Source: Chiloscyllium plagiosum | Lineage: Eukaryota | Direction: 5' to 3' | Assembly (NCBI RefSeq): GCF_004010195.1 | Contig: NC_057713.1 | Span: 110,193,490-110,257,489 of the forward strand | Length of the DNA: 64,000 nt | Shown: positions 52,542-64,000 of the stretch, piece after piece | Position numbering within the stretch: position 1 is the stretch's first letter | How the letters are laid out: each line of letters starts with the position of its first letter | Program-made: the position numbers and the translations under genes | The notes under the pieces: model-generated | The model's database searches: none | What the model saw: only the letters and a program-made list of their open reading frames with translations | Told to the model about the DNA's origin: nothing

Positions 52542-53437
52542 CAACAATTTTACCAGAGCACATTATCACATAATTTCTCTCACTGTTTGTAATGGGAACT
52601 TGCTGATGCAGAATTCCTGCACATTTTCTTCCTTTATAATTATATTTTTCAAAAACACTTCACTTCTAGGAAAGTACTATGATATATTGAGAAGCTTGCT
52701 CAAAGAGTAACATAAGTGAGCAGTTTATTTCCTTTCTTAGTTCTCTAGCAAATCACTTCTGGCTGCTAATTCATCCCTATGATGAGTTCCTGCTTACCAA
52801 AAGTTCTCCACTGAAATGTCTCTAGCAATGGAATGACTTCAAAATGTTTATTATTCTCTTTGGGGCATCTGCTGTGCAGCCAACGTTCTATTGGAGTCAC
52901 TGCCATAAATCTATTATTTTCTCAAAAATCACTTACAGGTACTCATTATTCATTACACAAATGGCGAATTCAGTGAATGAGAGATTCAGCTAGAAAGTTG
53001 GTCATCACCTTGCAGGAACAAACAATTCCTCTGTAGGAACCATATTAAATCAATTAAACAAGAGATCTAAAGCAAAAATAGTTTTGCTGCCAAATTTCTC
53101 TGCATTAATTTTTTTGTGAACTCAGTCAAAATTGCCATAAGTTGACATTTTATGCAACCACATTTGCAATCACAGACAAACATGGCACGGATAGCTGCTA
53201 TAACATATGTGCTTTTAAATCAAAATGTATGAACTGGAAGGTGTAAATAGTGGATAGATAGCAGGATTGAAAAAATCTAAAAGCTGCCTTAAGCTTAATC
53301 AAAACTCACCCAACTCAGAGGTCAGGAGCAATTCAAGTAACAACAATGTCACTTTTTGGTGAGTTAATTATGTTGCTGCCTTTTACTGTAATATATTTCC
53401 ATTTTAACATAATGGGGACTGGGGTGGACAGAGTTAT

Positions 53438-53575
53438 AAGTCACACTACTCCAGGTTATAGTCCAACAGGTTTGACTTTTCAAACAAGTCAACTTCACCT
53501 GACGAAGGAGCAGCACTCTGAAAGCTTATGATTTCAAATAAACCTGTTGGACTATAACCTAGTGTTGTCTGACTT
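53438..53575 (+). mobile_element. Second Penelope-type terminal-repeat family with inverted ends and a hammerhead core
   Basis: Inverted arms at 53438-53473 and 53540-53575 (aggttatagtccaacaggttt / aaacctgttggactataacct). Core CTGACGA-AGGAG-CAGCA-CTCT-GAAAGCTT at 53499-53527. Confidence 0.75.
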
Positions 53576-54911
53576 CTCATTTTGAATTAATACACAACTG
53601 ATATGAAAGAAATCTGAGTGACTGTGGCAAAGTGAATGTGTACTGTATCCCAGAATTGAACTCCAAATTAAATAGAAATTCTCATCAAATATTTTCACTG
53701 AAATCACTTTTGTCACCTTGTGCATTCGAATACACAGGAACATTGTCCATGACTTTCAGTCATTGAAAAGCAATTGGTGATACAACTTTGAACCTGCTGA
53801 TAGACGTATGGAAACCCAGGATGGAAATTCATCAAAATTCAGGACGTATTTAGAAAACATGTCCTGCACAGTGCAAGACAACAGAAACACTACGCAAGAT
53901 TCACTCAAGACTTTACTGATAAAGGACAACTGTGTATAGAGCAAGTAATAGGACTATTAATGTGACTGTCAATAAGTGAAACACATTCCTCAGGAAATAC
54001 ACGTGAACAATGAAAGACAGAAAGAGATCTACATCCATCCATCTGATCCCGTAAAACTGCAATGCGATACAAAGTTCTCTCTGCCATGCAATCTCCTAGG
54101 AGATACCAAATACAAACCCAAACCATTGTAGGGAAAACAAATGTTGGAAATTTCTTTTATCATACATCCAACTCTTCACCCAAAATACACACAAACTCTC
54201 ACACATTTGCAGTACATACCAAATGTTGAGTAAGAAGAGGAAGGAGACCAACAGAGATTAAGGAAGCATTTCAGTGCATGTCAGTGACTAAGACAAACAG
54301 GGAGTTGGGAAGAAGCATTCATGTGAAATACCTAGGAAGATATTAGTGCCAAGCACAACTTTCAATCTTCATTATTCCATCAACAGGTAAACTGTGTATT
54401 CTAATCTTACAGATTTTACTCTGAACTGTTGTTCTCTAAAATGATGACCAAGATCTAATTATCAATTCAATCTATCCAGATTTCATCCTCTTGCACTGAA
54501 CACATTTTGTCACTTTACTCTTGCACTTTATTCCTCGCACTATCTTTTCCAAAGTTAAACAGTTCAATACATCACATGGGTGACATATTCATGGTTGGAC
54601 AAAGGGATAGATATGAAACCGGGAGAAAAATATCCTCCCTACTTTTTTCATCATTCCATGACTTGTTCTTTGTTCATCTCACAGAATTTAGAGTCTGTTT
54701 AATGCATATAAGTAGATTTCATATATTTTTTGTAATGGTTCACAAACAGGTAATGATAATTGGTTGATTTTAAAGTTCAACATAAAAAATGGAAATAATA
54801 TTTAATTAATAAATAAAGGGTACAACTGAGTATGGGAGAATGGCTGTGAGTATTGCAATGAGAGATTAACCTTGCATGTTGGTAGCCAAGGAGAAAATAT
54901 GTATTGTACAT

Positions 54912-55243
54912 TTAGATTTAGATTAGATTTAGATTTAGATTAGATTACAGTGTGGAATCAGGCCCTTCTGCCCAACAAGTCCACACCAATCCGCCGAAGC
55001 GAAACCCACCCATACCCCTACATTTACCCCTTACCTAACACTACGGGCAATTTAGGATGGCCAATTCACCTGATCCTGCACATCTTTGGACTGTGGGAGG
55101 AAACTGGAGCACCCGGAGGAAACCCACGCAGACACGGGGAGAACGTGCAAACTCCACGCAGTCAGTCGCCTGAGGCGGGAATTGAACCCGGGTCTCTGGC
55201 GCTGTGAGGCAGCAGTGCTAACCACTGTGCCACCGTGCTGCCC
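54912..55243 (-). mobile_element. Young HE1 SINE with a long (aatct/aaatct)n tail
   Basis: Reverse-complement near match to 17863-18155. Confidence 0.95.
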
Positions 55244-55459
55244 ACATATTCTTATAAAAGTCAAGCCTACATTTTCAGGGATCAAAGCCCTGTAATGTCA
55301 GAAGCAAAGTGCAATCTCCACAGTTTCATTAACAAGCTCAACCTTTGGGAGAAGCCAATAGCATAGTGGTAATTGTATGGGAATTTTTATTCAGGAAGGA
55401 GAGATTACATCTCGAGTGAGACATTGCCCAAGTGAGTCTATAGTTCAGGGGATTTGGAG

Positions 55460-57575
55460 GCAGCGTGGGAATTCAGTGCAGAGGAAAGGAAGTGTTTTTT
55501 GTTTGCCTTTTAGGCTCATAGTTTGTAAGGTTTTATTAATAAGATAAATTGAAGTCCAAGATTGGGGCCTAGCACAAAAGAGTGACATCATGGTAAACGT
55601 AAGTTAATTGGTTGATAACTACTAATTTGGATATCTATTATAGGTTCCTTTCAGACTGAAGGTAAATAGAGGAAATATTTACAGGCTACAAATCAGAACA
55701 CAAGTGTGGAATTTTAAGTATCAAATTAAGAACTAAATGATGAAACTAGAGACGTTGGGCCAGTTGATGAGTTGTAACTGCATTCTGTGGAAGTTGGTGG
55801 ACTCCACTGTGGGTAATAGCGGCTCCATCTGTCCCAAGTATTGGTTGCTTGAAGAAGTGCAGCTCAGAGTTGATGAGCTTGAGTCTGAACTTCAAATACT
55901 GTGACACATCAAGGAGGGGGAGAATTATCTAGATGCTGTGTTTCAGTCACATTCCTCAAACTACCTACCTCGAATTTGGTCAGTGGTCAGGGACAGGAGC
56001 GAATGACTACCAGTGAGGCAGACAGAGGGATTGGGTGAGTAGTGCTGAAGGAGCCTCAGCCCTTGAGCTTGTCTAAGAGGTTTGCACTTTTGCTTCCTGT
56101 ATGGTTGAAATTGGTATTATAGGGAGGTTGAGAAAACTGACCAGAGCACCGTGATACAGAGAACCTTTCAAAAGTGGGGAGGAAAGAGAAATGTAGTTAT
56201 AATTGGGGATAGTATAGTCATGAGAATAGACACTGTTCTCTGCAGGCAGAGTCAAGAGTCTCAAAGGCTGTGATGCCTGTCTGGTATCTGGACTCAGGAA
56301 ATGTCATCTGGGCTGCAGAGGAACTTGGAGTGAGAGGGCAAAGATCCAGTTATCCATGTCGATACCAACAATATAGGGAGAAAAGGAAAAGAGGGAATAT
56401 GAGCAGTTGGAGAATAAATTAAACAGCTGAACAAAAAAGACCATAATCTTCAGATTACTACTAGAGCCATGAACAAATGGCACAGGATCAACAGGATTAA
56501 AGAGGTAAATGCATGGCTCAAAGATTGGTGCGAGAGAAACAGATTTGAATTCATGGGACATTGGCAGCAGTACAGGCGTCACCAGTACATCAGTGGGATG
56601 GGCCCTACCTGAATCATGCTGGGACCAGAGATCTGGTGAATTGCATAACTAAGCTTGAGGATAGTGCTTTAAACTAAATAATGGAGGGTGGGTTGAGTTG
56701 CATCGAAAATTATTGGAAAACTCATCAGAGATGAGTTCATCAGAGGGAGAGCTCATCAGAGATTAATAAAGTTACCAGAACAAGTAATAGGACAGAGTAG
56801 GGAAATGGTCTTGAATCTAACTTCAGACACAGCAGCCAACTATGAGAAGGAAGGCAGTCAACACAGGACTGGGGGTGTTGTACTTAAATGCACACAGTTT
56901 ATGAAAAGGTAAATGAGCTTGTAATGCAGATTGAAATTAACAGGCATGATGTTGTGGTGGGGGTGGTTACAGAGACATGGCTGCAAGTATACACGTCCTC
57001 TTGAAAGGACAGGCAGCAAAAAAAACTATGATGGGAGTTGTATACTGGACACTTAGCAATATCAGGACATGGGGAACAAAATAAATTAGGAGAGAGAAAA
57101 GGCATGGAAGAAAGGCACTAATATAATAATCATTGGGGAGTTCAAAATTCAAGTGAACTGGGAAAATCAGGTTGGTAGCAGATCACAAGAAAAGGAAGGA
57201 TGAGGGAGAATCTGATTGAAACTTACAGAATATTGAGAGACGTGGATAAACTGGATATGAAGAAGATGTTTCCAGTAAACTAGGAGCTGGGGATACAGCC
57301 TCAGAATGATGGGACGACTCTTTAGAACTGAAATGAGGCGGACTTATTCCAGCCAGAGGATGGTTAATTGATGGAATTCATTGCTGCAGAGTGCCGTGGA
57401 GACCAAGTCATTGAATATATTTAAGACAGAGATAGGTTCTTGATTAGTAAGGAAATCAAAGGTTAATGGAGAAGGCAGGAGAATGGATTTAAGAAACATA
57501 TCAGTTATGATTGAATAGTGGAGCAGACTCATTGGGCTGAATGGCCTAATTCCAATCCTGTGTATTATGGTCTAA
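55460..57575 (+). mobile_element. CR1-type LINE retaining the 5' region/ORF1 and the 3' end, with most of ORF2 deleted
   Basis: Cys-rich plus coiled ORF1 segment (ICPKYWLLEEVQLRVDELESEL), esterase GDS block (IIGDSIV) and the EN start. An abrupt junction at about 57195 leads to MRENLIETYRILR and the 3' tail. Confidence 0.8.
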
Positions 57576-59049
57576 CATCACTAGACTAGTTACCCAGAAG
57601 CCCAGAAAAATGTTCTGTGATTAATTAATCAAATCTGGAATTAAAAGCTCGTCTAATAGTGACCACAAAATTGCTGTCATAAGTTAGTTCACCAATGATT
57701 TGTAGGGAATAAAATCTGTCACTCTTACCTGGTCACGCCTATATGGGACTCCAGGCTCGAGCCTAAATGTGGTATCAAGCAACTACAAGATTTAAGAAAG
57801 GAATGAAAGCAGATGGACCACGTGGCATTGACTTTCCCCTGGAAATTAACAGAAAGGTCAGGCAGTTCTAGAGAAACCAGTAGGCAATACAGGAGATCCC
57901 AAAGTCCTGTTCACTAGTCAGATTTCTGTTTTAATACTGATGAGCCCATTGAGTCCTCAGAGAATGCAGTCAGCACAAAGTTTGTGGCACATGGGTAATT
58001 CAGCGGCAAAGCAAGTGACAATGAAGAGGGGAAGAATTTGCCCAGTGCCGCTGGGCAAATTCTTGAAATTTCCTTCCTGGTTGTGCATCTAGCTACAGCA
58101 ATATAGTCTGCAGCACTTCAAGAAGGTAGCTCACTTTCTCCACTACCTTCTCAAGGGCAACTTTGGATGGACAACTGCAACAGCAGTTCTAAAGAAGGGT
58201 CATATCAGACTTGAAATATTAGTTACGGTTCTCTTTCCACAGACCTGTTGAGTATCCAGCATTTTCTGTGATTGTTTCAAATTTCCAGCATCTGCAAAAT
58301 TTTGCTTTTATTTAATGAGCAACAAATGCTTAGCTGCTAATGACACCCACATCTTACGAAAGAATAAAAGAAAGTAAGATGGGATTTTGACTCTCCAGGG
58401 AGCAGATTAAGGACAGTGCAATTCAGAGCACTTTAAAAAAGTTTCTGACTTTGTGTCTGAATGAAATTGATCAATACAAAATGTTGAATTAACTTTTAAC
58501 AGCATTCTGTCAATCATCGTAACATTTCATTATATGATTAAGGAATAAATGTGCAAGCATCTCATGTAGAATTTATGATTTTTCACTTTACTTGAAGCTA
58601 CTGGTGACTTTCATTGCTTTGGGAACATTTACGTGCATTTTAATGTAGTTATGATGAAATGAAGTAAACTGATGAAAAATAACTTTGCTGACACAACATA
58701 AAATACCTTCCTTATTTTTCTCCCTTAATAAGTGCTCTAACCAACTCATGGTCAATTTACTCGGGCTGAAATTTCAGGTGACAGCAGGGAACTGTTCTTA
58801 AATAATGACATTCTCAGATAGCCATTGGCCTGCCCACACATCACAGTGTCAGGAACATAAATAGCCTGCCTATACTTCTCTTTCTTTAAGATTGCAGGTC
58901 ATTTTTTTTTTAAATGAGTGTGGGGAATTGCCTGTTTGCTCATTGCTATTTAGCTCAATTTGAAGCCCACCTTCTGTAATGTTCCCTGAAATCTGATGTC
59001 CAGTTTATAAAATATTCAAAGGTTTGATGAGGGTACAGAAGTGTTACAA

Positions 59050-59490
59050 AAGTAACAACCCCAGAAATGTGGAATTTCAGTTATTTAGAGAGATTAGAGA
59101 AGTTGAGATTGTTCTTCCTAGATTAGACAAGGCTAGGGGCAAGGTTTAAGAGGGAGGTACAAAATTCTGAAGTATTTTGACAGAAGAACTGAGGGGAAAC
59201 CATGCAACTGTCAGGAGGTGAGGAAGCAGAAGGAAATAGAATGAAGATAAGTGGCAAAAGAATCTGAATGGATGTAAGGAGAAGTTATTTTTGAAACTTT
59301 TAAGTTGCTACACTTTGGAATGCACCTCATAAATGTGGAAGTAGATTCAATAGTAATTTTCAAATCAAACTTGAACGTACACTTTAAAAAGGAAAAATGT
59401 GCAAAGCTCCAGGGAAAGAGCAGTAAAGTGTAACTAACTGAATAACTTCACAAAGAACTCAAAGGGCCAAATGCATATCCTGTGTTTTAA
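59050..59490 (+). mobile_element. Old CR1 3' fragment
   Basis: Degenerate RLEKLRLFFL region and tail. Confidence 0.6.
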
Positions 59491-60619
59491 GATAACATGA
59501 TTTTAAAAAGGCCTGACAAAAACCTGATACTGAAAAGATGAATCTACCTGATCTCTTTACAGATGCTGAAAGACCTGCGGAGTTGTTCAATACTTTCAGT
59601 GTTGCATTCAGATTTACAGTAATTTGTAGTTGCTCCTTTTTTTAACATGAACAATTTAGGATACATACAGTGCAGTGCTGAATCTCCATGGGGAATTCTC
59701 TTGATCGTCTGCTGTTATCAAGGTGCAAATGACAAGCTCGACTGACAGATAATGGGATCAAATGACACAGAATCAGTGAAAAAAACTGCCCAACATTACA
59801 AAGCAGATACGTTAGGTTTCCACTGGTGGAATAATTAAGGTTTGCCTCATCTGTGGCTATTTTGTGATTCTTCACTAGTGCAGCTTTAGAACTTCAAAAA
59901 TGACAAAACCTGCCCTCATTTTTGTTGTAGAAGACGATAAGGGTGATGCTTTAATCTCATAAGTTGGATTTTACATACCTCCACCAATGATTTTGAAGGT
60001 GGGGATGGGGAGGGTTGACGTGGAGAATGTAAAATACAGCAGATGGCTTGCTCATCCATCCCTGATCTGTCTCAGGTTTTAAGGGTAAAGGAAAGATGCT
60101 GAGCAGCCTGCTTGGCTCCCATTAGGTCTATTTTACCCGTGGAATGGGGTCGCCTATGCCAGGGTGCAAATCCAGCAGCTTGAGCTTCATGGGCTAATGC
60201 ATAGGGAAGCCCTTCTAAAGGTGCTCCCTGGGCTCACCAGAGGCAATACTTCCCCCAAAAGCATCCTGGCCTTTTAAACCTGGGTTCCCTCAATCCTATC
60301 ATCGCAATCGATGCAGCTCTAGCACTCCCTCAATGTTCTGCCAATGTAAGGCAAAAGTGATGAATGCTGTTCCCAGTGTTAAATTGCTGTAAGGAAGTCA
60401 GCAGGACCTTGGACAGGCTCCACACTGACCTTTTATTATGGCTGGTTTCTGAGAAATCCTGGCATGCTGATATCCCATAGTGAAAATTTGAGCTCATGTC
60501 ATACACAGCTTTCCCACCATATGTAATCTGGATTTCCGATACACTGCCTGTGGCTGTGGTTCTCTGCTGTAAACATGAAATTGGTCCCATCCAATGTAAC
60601 AGAAACCATCTAGACACTG

Positions 60620-61040
60620 AAATGATACAGAAAATAGGAGGCTGGGGATTGCCAGAAGTATTTTTGTGAAGATGAAGGATGCATGATCAACAAAAAAACT
60701 TCAAGTTCATAACAAGGAAAGAATCATCAGATGCTTCAACCTATCAACCTTCCTGTATGCCTCAGAAATATGGATTAGAGGTGAAGATCTGTGGAAGAAA
60801 ATAGAAGCTTTTGAAATGTGGACAGTAAGATGTTCTTTAATAATTCCATATGTAGATCATAAAAGAAATGGAGAGGCCCTTGAAATTGCAAGAGTAAAAG
60901 GAACTCTGAGAAGTAAGCTCTAGAAAAGAAATGTCAGCAGTTCAAACATTTGAAAAGCTACAGAGATTTCTTCTTGAGGGCAAAGTGGAGAACAGCAGAG
61001 AGTGGGGTCGACCTAGGAATGGTCGACTGATGGGATATCA
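60620..61040 (+). mobile_element. RTE-clade LINE C-terminal fragment
   Basis: Manual translation gives LGIARSIFVKMK, TRKRIIRCF.LSTFLYASEIW, KKIEAFEMW and LLEGKVE.SREWGRPR, typical of RTE ORF ends. Confidence 0.7.
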
Positions 61041-61959
61041 CCCAGTTGCTGCAGTTGAGCGACAGTGGATTTGTGAGAAGGAGCTCAAAACAGCAGCAGC
61101 AGACACCGATGTAATTGCTGCCAGTTTTCCATTCATTTCAACACTGAATAAATGAGAACATTTGACCAACCAAATACTCACTGAAGAAATCAATCAGACA
61201 AATAGAAGAAGAGATAGCACCAGTTTTTCTGGGTCAGCGCCTAAACGGCCTGGTTGTCATGAGTTCAGCAAATAAAAGAAAATTGGGTGGATTGGAGACT
61301 CGAGTTCATGGAATCTGTCTAATTTTCCTCAATGTAAATGACCAAAAGGAAAATGCTTTTTAAATAGTAGATTAGAAACTCCTTCCTGACTAAGCTGCAG
61401 ATACCGTGTGAACTGGCAGTCCAATTTCTTGCAAGCATTCTTACTCAGGCATTAGGCCCTCATTAGCATATTTTATAGTCAGCCTGCACACATGGAAAAT
61501 GGTCTGACTCATGGTTGAATGATTTCCAGCTGTTCTTTGAGTACAAAATAGTGTCTGGAATTCTTAATAAAAACATTTTAATGAATCAGAATTTCTGCGT
61601 GCAAAGGCTACCCTCTGGGACAATCTTGCTACAGGTGCACAAGTAACAAGCCATCTTCGCGTTCACTGAGGTGGGTTGATGAAGTGTGAAGACCCATCAG
61701 GAGACAGCATGCAAAAGTGCCTGGCAGCCTTCACTGTGGCTGCTGTGAGAGACACTAGCTGAATAAGAGGGAGCACCTCCACGAGAGGGAGTCATGGAAG
61801 ATAGGGTGAGATAATTCTTATTCAGTACAGTGTGCTCAGTGGCAGCAGGCTGCACGAGAGTCCATCACAATGGCAGAGCTTTGCCTACCTTTGAACATAG
61901 CCTATCTGTTTTCATGACATAATTCGCAGATCTCGAGTAAAACTAAACTGCTGGAAGTC

Positions 61960-62472
61960 ATCTCTGGTGACTTAACCAGTGCGTTTATCCCTCAGTTAAT
62001 ATAATAATAAAAATCTGGTAATTTTCACATTGCTGTTAGTGGGAGTGTGCTGTGTGCAAAATTAACCATGTTTCTTGTATTGCAGCAATTCAGAAAAACT
62101 TCACCGATTCTAAAGCACCTTGAGATATGATTAGGTTAAATTGATTAGATTCCCTACAGTGTGGCAACAGGCCCTTCAGCCCAACCAGTCCACACCAACC
62201 CTCTGAAGAGTAACCCACCCAGACCCATTTCCCTCTGACTAATGTACCTAACACAATGGGCAATTTAGCAATTCACCTGACCTGCACATTTTTGGACTGT
62301 GGGAGGAAACCGGAGCACCCTGAGGAAACCCTTGCAGACACAGGGAGAACGTGCAAACTTCACACATACAGTCACCCGAGGCTGGAATCAAACCTGGGAT
62401 CCTGGTGTTGTGAGCCACCATGCCGCCCATATCCAGTGGTTATGAAAAGTGCTATATAAATGTAAGTCTTTG
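61960..62472 (+). mobile_element. DeuSINE-like (SacSINE1/AmnSINE1-type) 3' region split by an HE1 SINE
   Basis: cacattgctgttagtgggagtgtgctgtgtgcaaa ... gtgctatataaatgtaagtcttt; related pieces lie at about 44790-45035 and 52570-52730. Confidence 0.55.
62129..62428 (-). mobile_element. HE1-type SINE
   Basis: Reverse-complement HE1 sequence with short atat repeats on both sides. Confidence 0.9.
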
Positions 62473-63291
62473 GCTTTTATTCTTTATCTCCTGCTGTGTA
62501 CCTGTTTCCTGTGAGCTGTCAAATCATGCATGTGTGGGGGCTCTTAGTCACCACACACGCAAGATTAGGATGTTGCAGGAAAGCCCAAACCAACTGCTTT
62601 AATTGGTTTGTTGCAGGGGTCTGTTTGAATGCTATTCGCATCCCAATGTCACCTTTGGTAAAAGTGTGTAGAGGTAGGAACTGATCAATCAAATTTTCAT
62701 CATTTTTTTCTGCAACCCCTCCATCCACCTCAAACCTCCAAATCCAACCACAAGGGCATTGGAAAGTTTCAGGCCTATCTATCTCAAATTAGTGTTTCAA
62801 TTACTGCCTTTGGTTCACAACTAAATACCAAATTCTATTTCTGTGCTTTTATAACATCTCCACCATTTTACAATTCATTACTGAGTTTGGCTAGTTCAGG
62901 TTTCAAATTACAAAACTCTATTTTTCTATATAGTTTAGTTGGACAATGTTGTAATTTCAGTTCAAAATTAATCTATTGCTTTAATGATTCAGCATTAACA
63001 AATATGTTGCATTTAACAAATCTTAATCAATTTAACTATTGATCATGGAGGAATACATAAATTTTAAAGTTATATAATTACATGACTGGTATTGCTAACT
63101 TATGAAGGCGTCATGCATAATTAAAGAAGCACAAACATATGACATATGTACATAAGTTTCTATACGTTAGACAACTAAGCAACAATATTGATTGGGATAG
63201 ACAGACCTTTGGGTAGATATCGGTCAATAAGTATGATTTAGATAAATAAGCATGTGGAAAGTTGGACAAATAGACAGGTAGGTGAATATAT

Positions 63292-63430
63292 GCCCAGTCC
63301 TGATGAAGGGTCCTGCCCGAAATGTTAACTCCCCTGCTCCTCAGATGCTGCCTGACATGCTGTGCTTTTTCCAGTGCTACACTTTATCCACTCTGACTCT
63401 CTAGCATCTGCAGTCTCCACTATCTCCTCA
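63292..63430 (+). mobile_element. 139-bp hammerhead-family element with a 14-bp target-site duplication
   Basis: gtaggtgaatatat at 63278-63291 and 63431-63444; core CTGATGA-AGGG-TCCTG-CCC-GAAATGTT. Confidence 0.88.
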
Positions 63431-64000
63431 GTAGGTGAATATATTGCAATTGAGGAAAGGCATTAACGTTAATGGCCAGAGATACAGGCAGCACAAACAA
63501 ATCCTGTGGCAGAATGAGTATTATCCCAGACGGTCGAGGATCAAGTCTTACCCAAGGTCATAATGACCAAGGAAGGCGCATTCACAATGTGGTCAAACAT
63601 TGTGATTAATTGATGTGGTCAATCAACCTGCAAATTCTTCCAGCACATGCTGATGAGAGTGGGAAAGATTCTTGGTCAATTGTGTAATCAAAAGAAAGTT
63701 AGAGCCTCTATATTACCATCTGTAGCTCTAAACTAAAACATGCATATAAAGGTGCATGAGAGAACCTTAACACACCATCAACATAGGCAGATAAATGGAT
63801 ATGGATATACCACACATTGAAATGCATAAGACAACCCAAAAGATCATGTTTCCGCATTTATTCAACATACAAGTTGATTTCACTTGCCCACCCCCATTTT
63901 CAGCCATGACTTGTCATATTTTAATATAAAGTCAGCCTATGTTTCTTGCTCCACAATTGCACAATAACTATATGCATGGGATCAAGCAGATGATATAGGT

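Noticed and set aside
53690-54130. Coding-looking stretch
   Set aside because: Stops occur in the frame examined and no motif could be assigned.
56721-56761. Three (c/t)tcatcagag repeats reading CTGATGA on the minus strand
   Set aside because: No stem II followed by GAAA; it looks like a local micro-duplication in the CR1 inter-ORF region.

Overview
Vertebrate, AT-rich and repeat-dense genomic DNA from a cartilaginous fish. The HE1 SINE and HER1/CR1 LINE families indicate a shark, and a bamboo/epaulette-type carpet shark is a guess. The window lies inside the minus-strand gene POU6F2. Two coding exons are present (22192-22283, 92 nt; 3188-3416, 229 nt), with canonical AG/GT boundaries and compatible phases; the rest appears intronic. 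The introns contain a near full-length, degenerate L1-clade LINE (about 22590-27646) with a YY1-type 5' motif, a decayed Ty3/gypsy element, many CR1 LINE pieces, Rex1/Babar and RTE fragments, HE1 and Deu-type SINEs, and a Penelope-like (GIY-YIG) fragment. The most striking signal is a dispersed set of about ten short Penelope-derived elements carrying minimal hammerhead-ribozyme cores (CTGANGA-A-stem II-GAAA plus a palindromic ACGT/AGCT). Their stems covary between subfamilies, and some copies have target-site duplications or sit as inverted pairs. Most ORFs in the supplied track are spurious or transposon-derived. Repeat boundaries were read by eye and are approximate.
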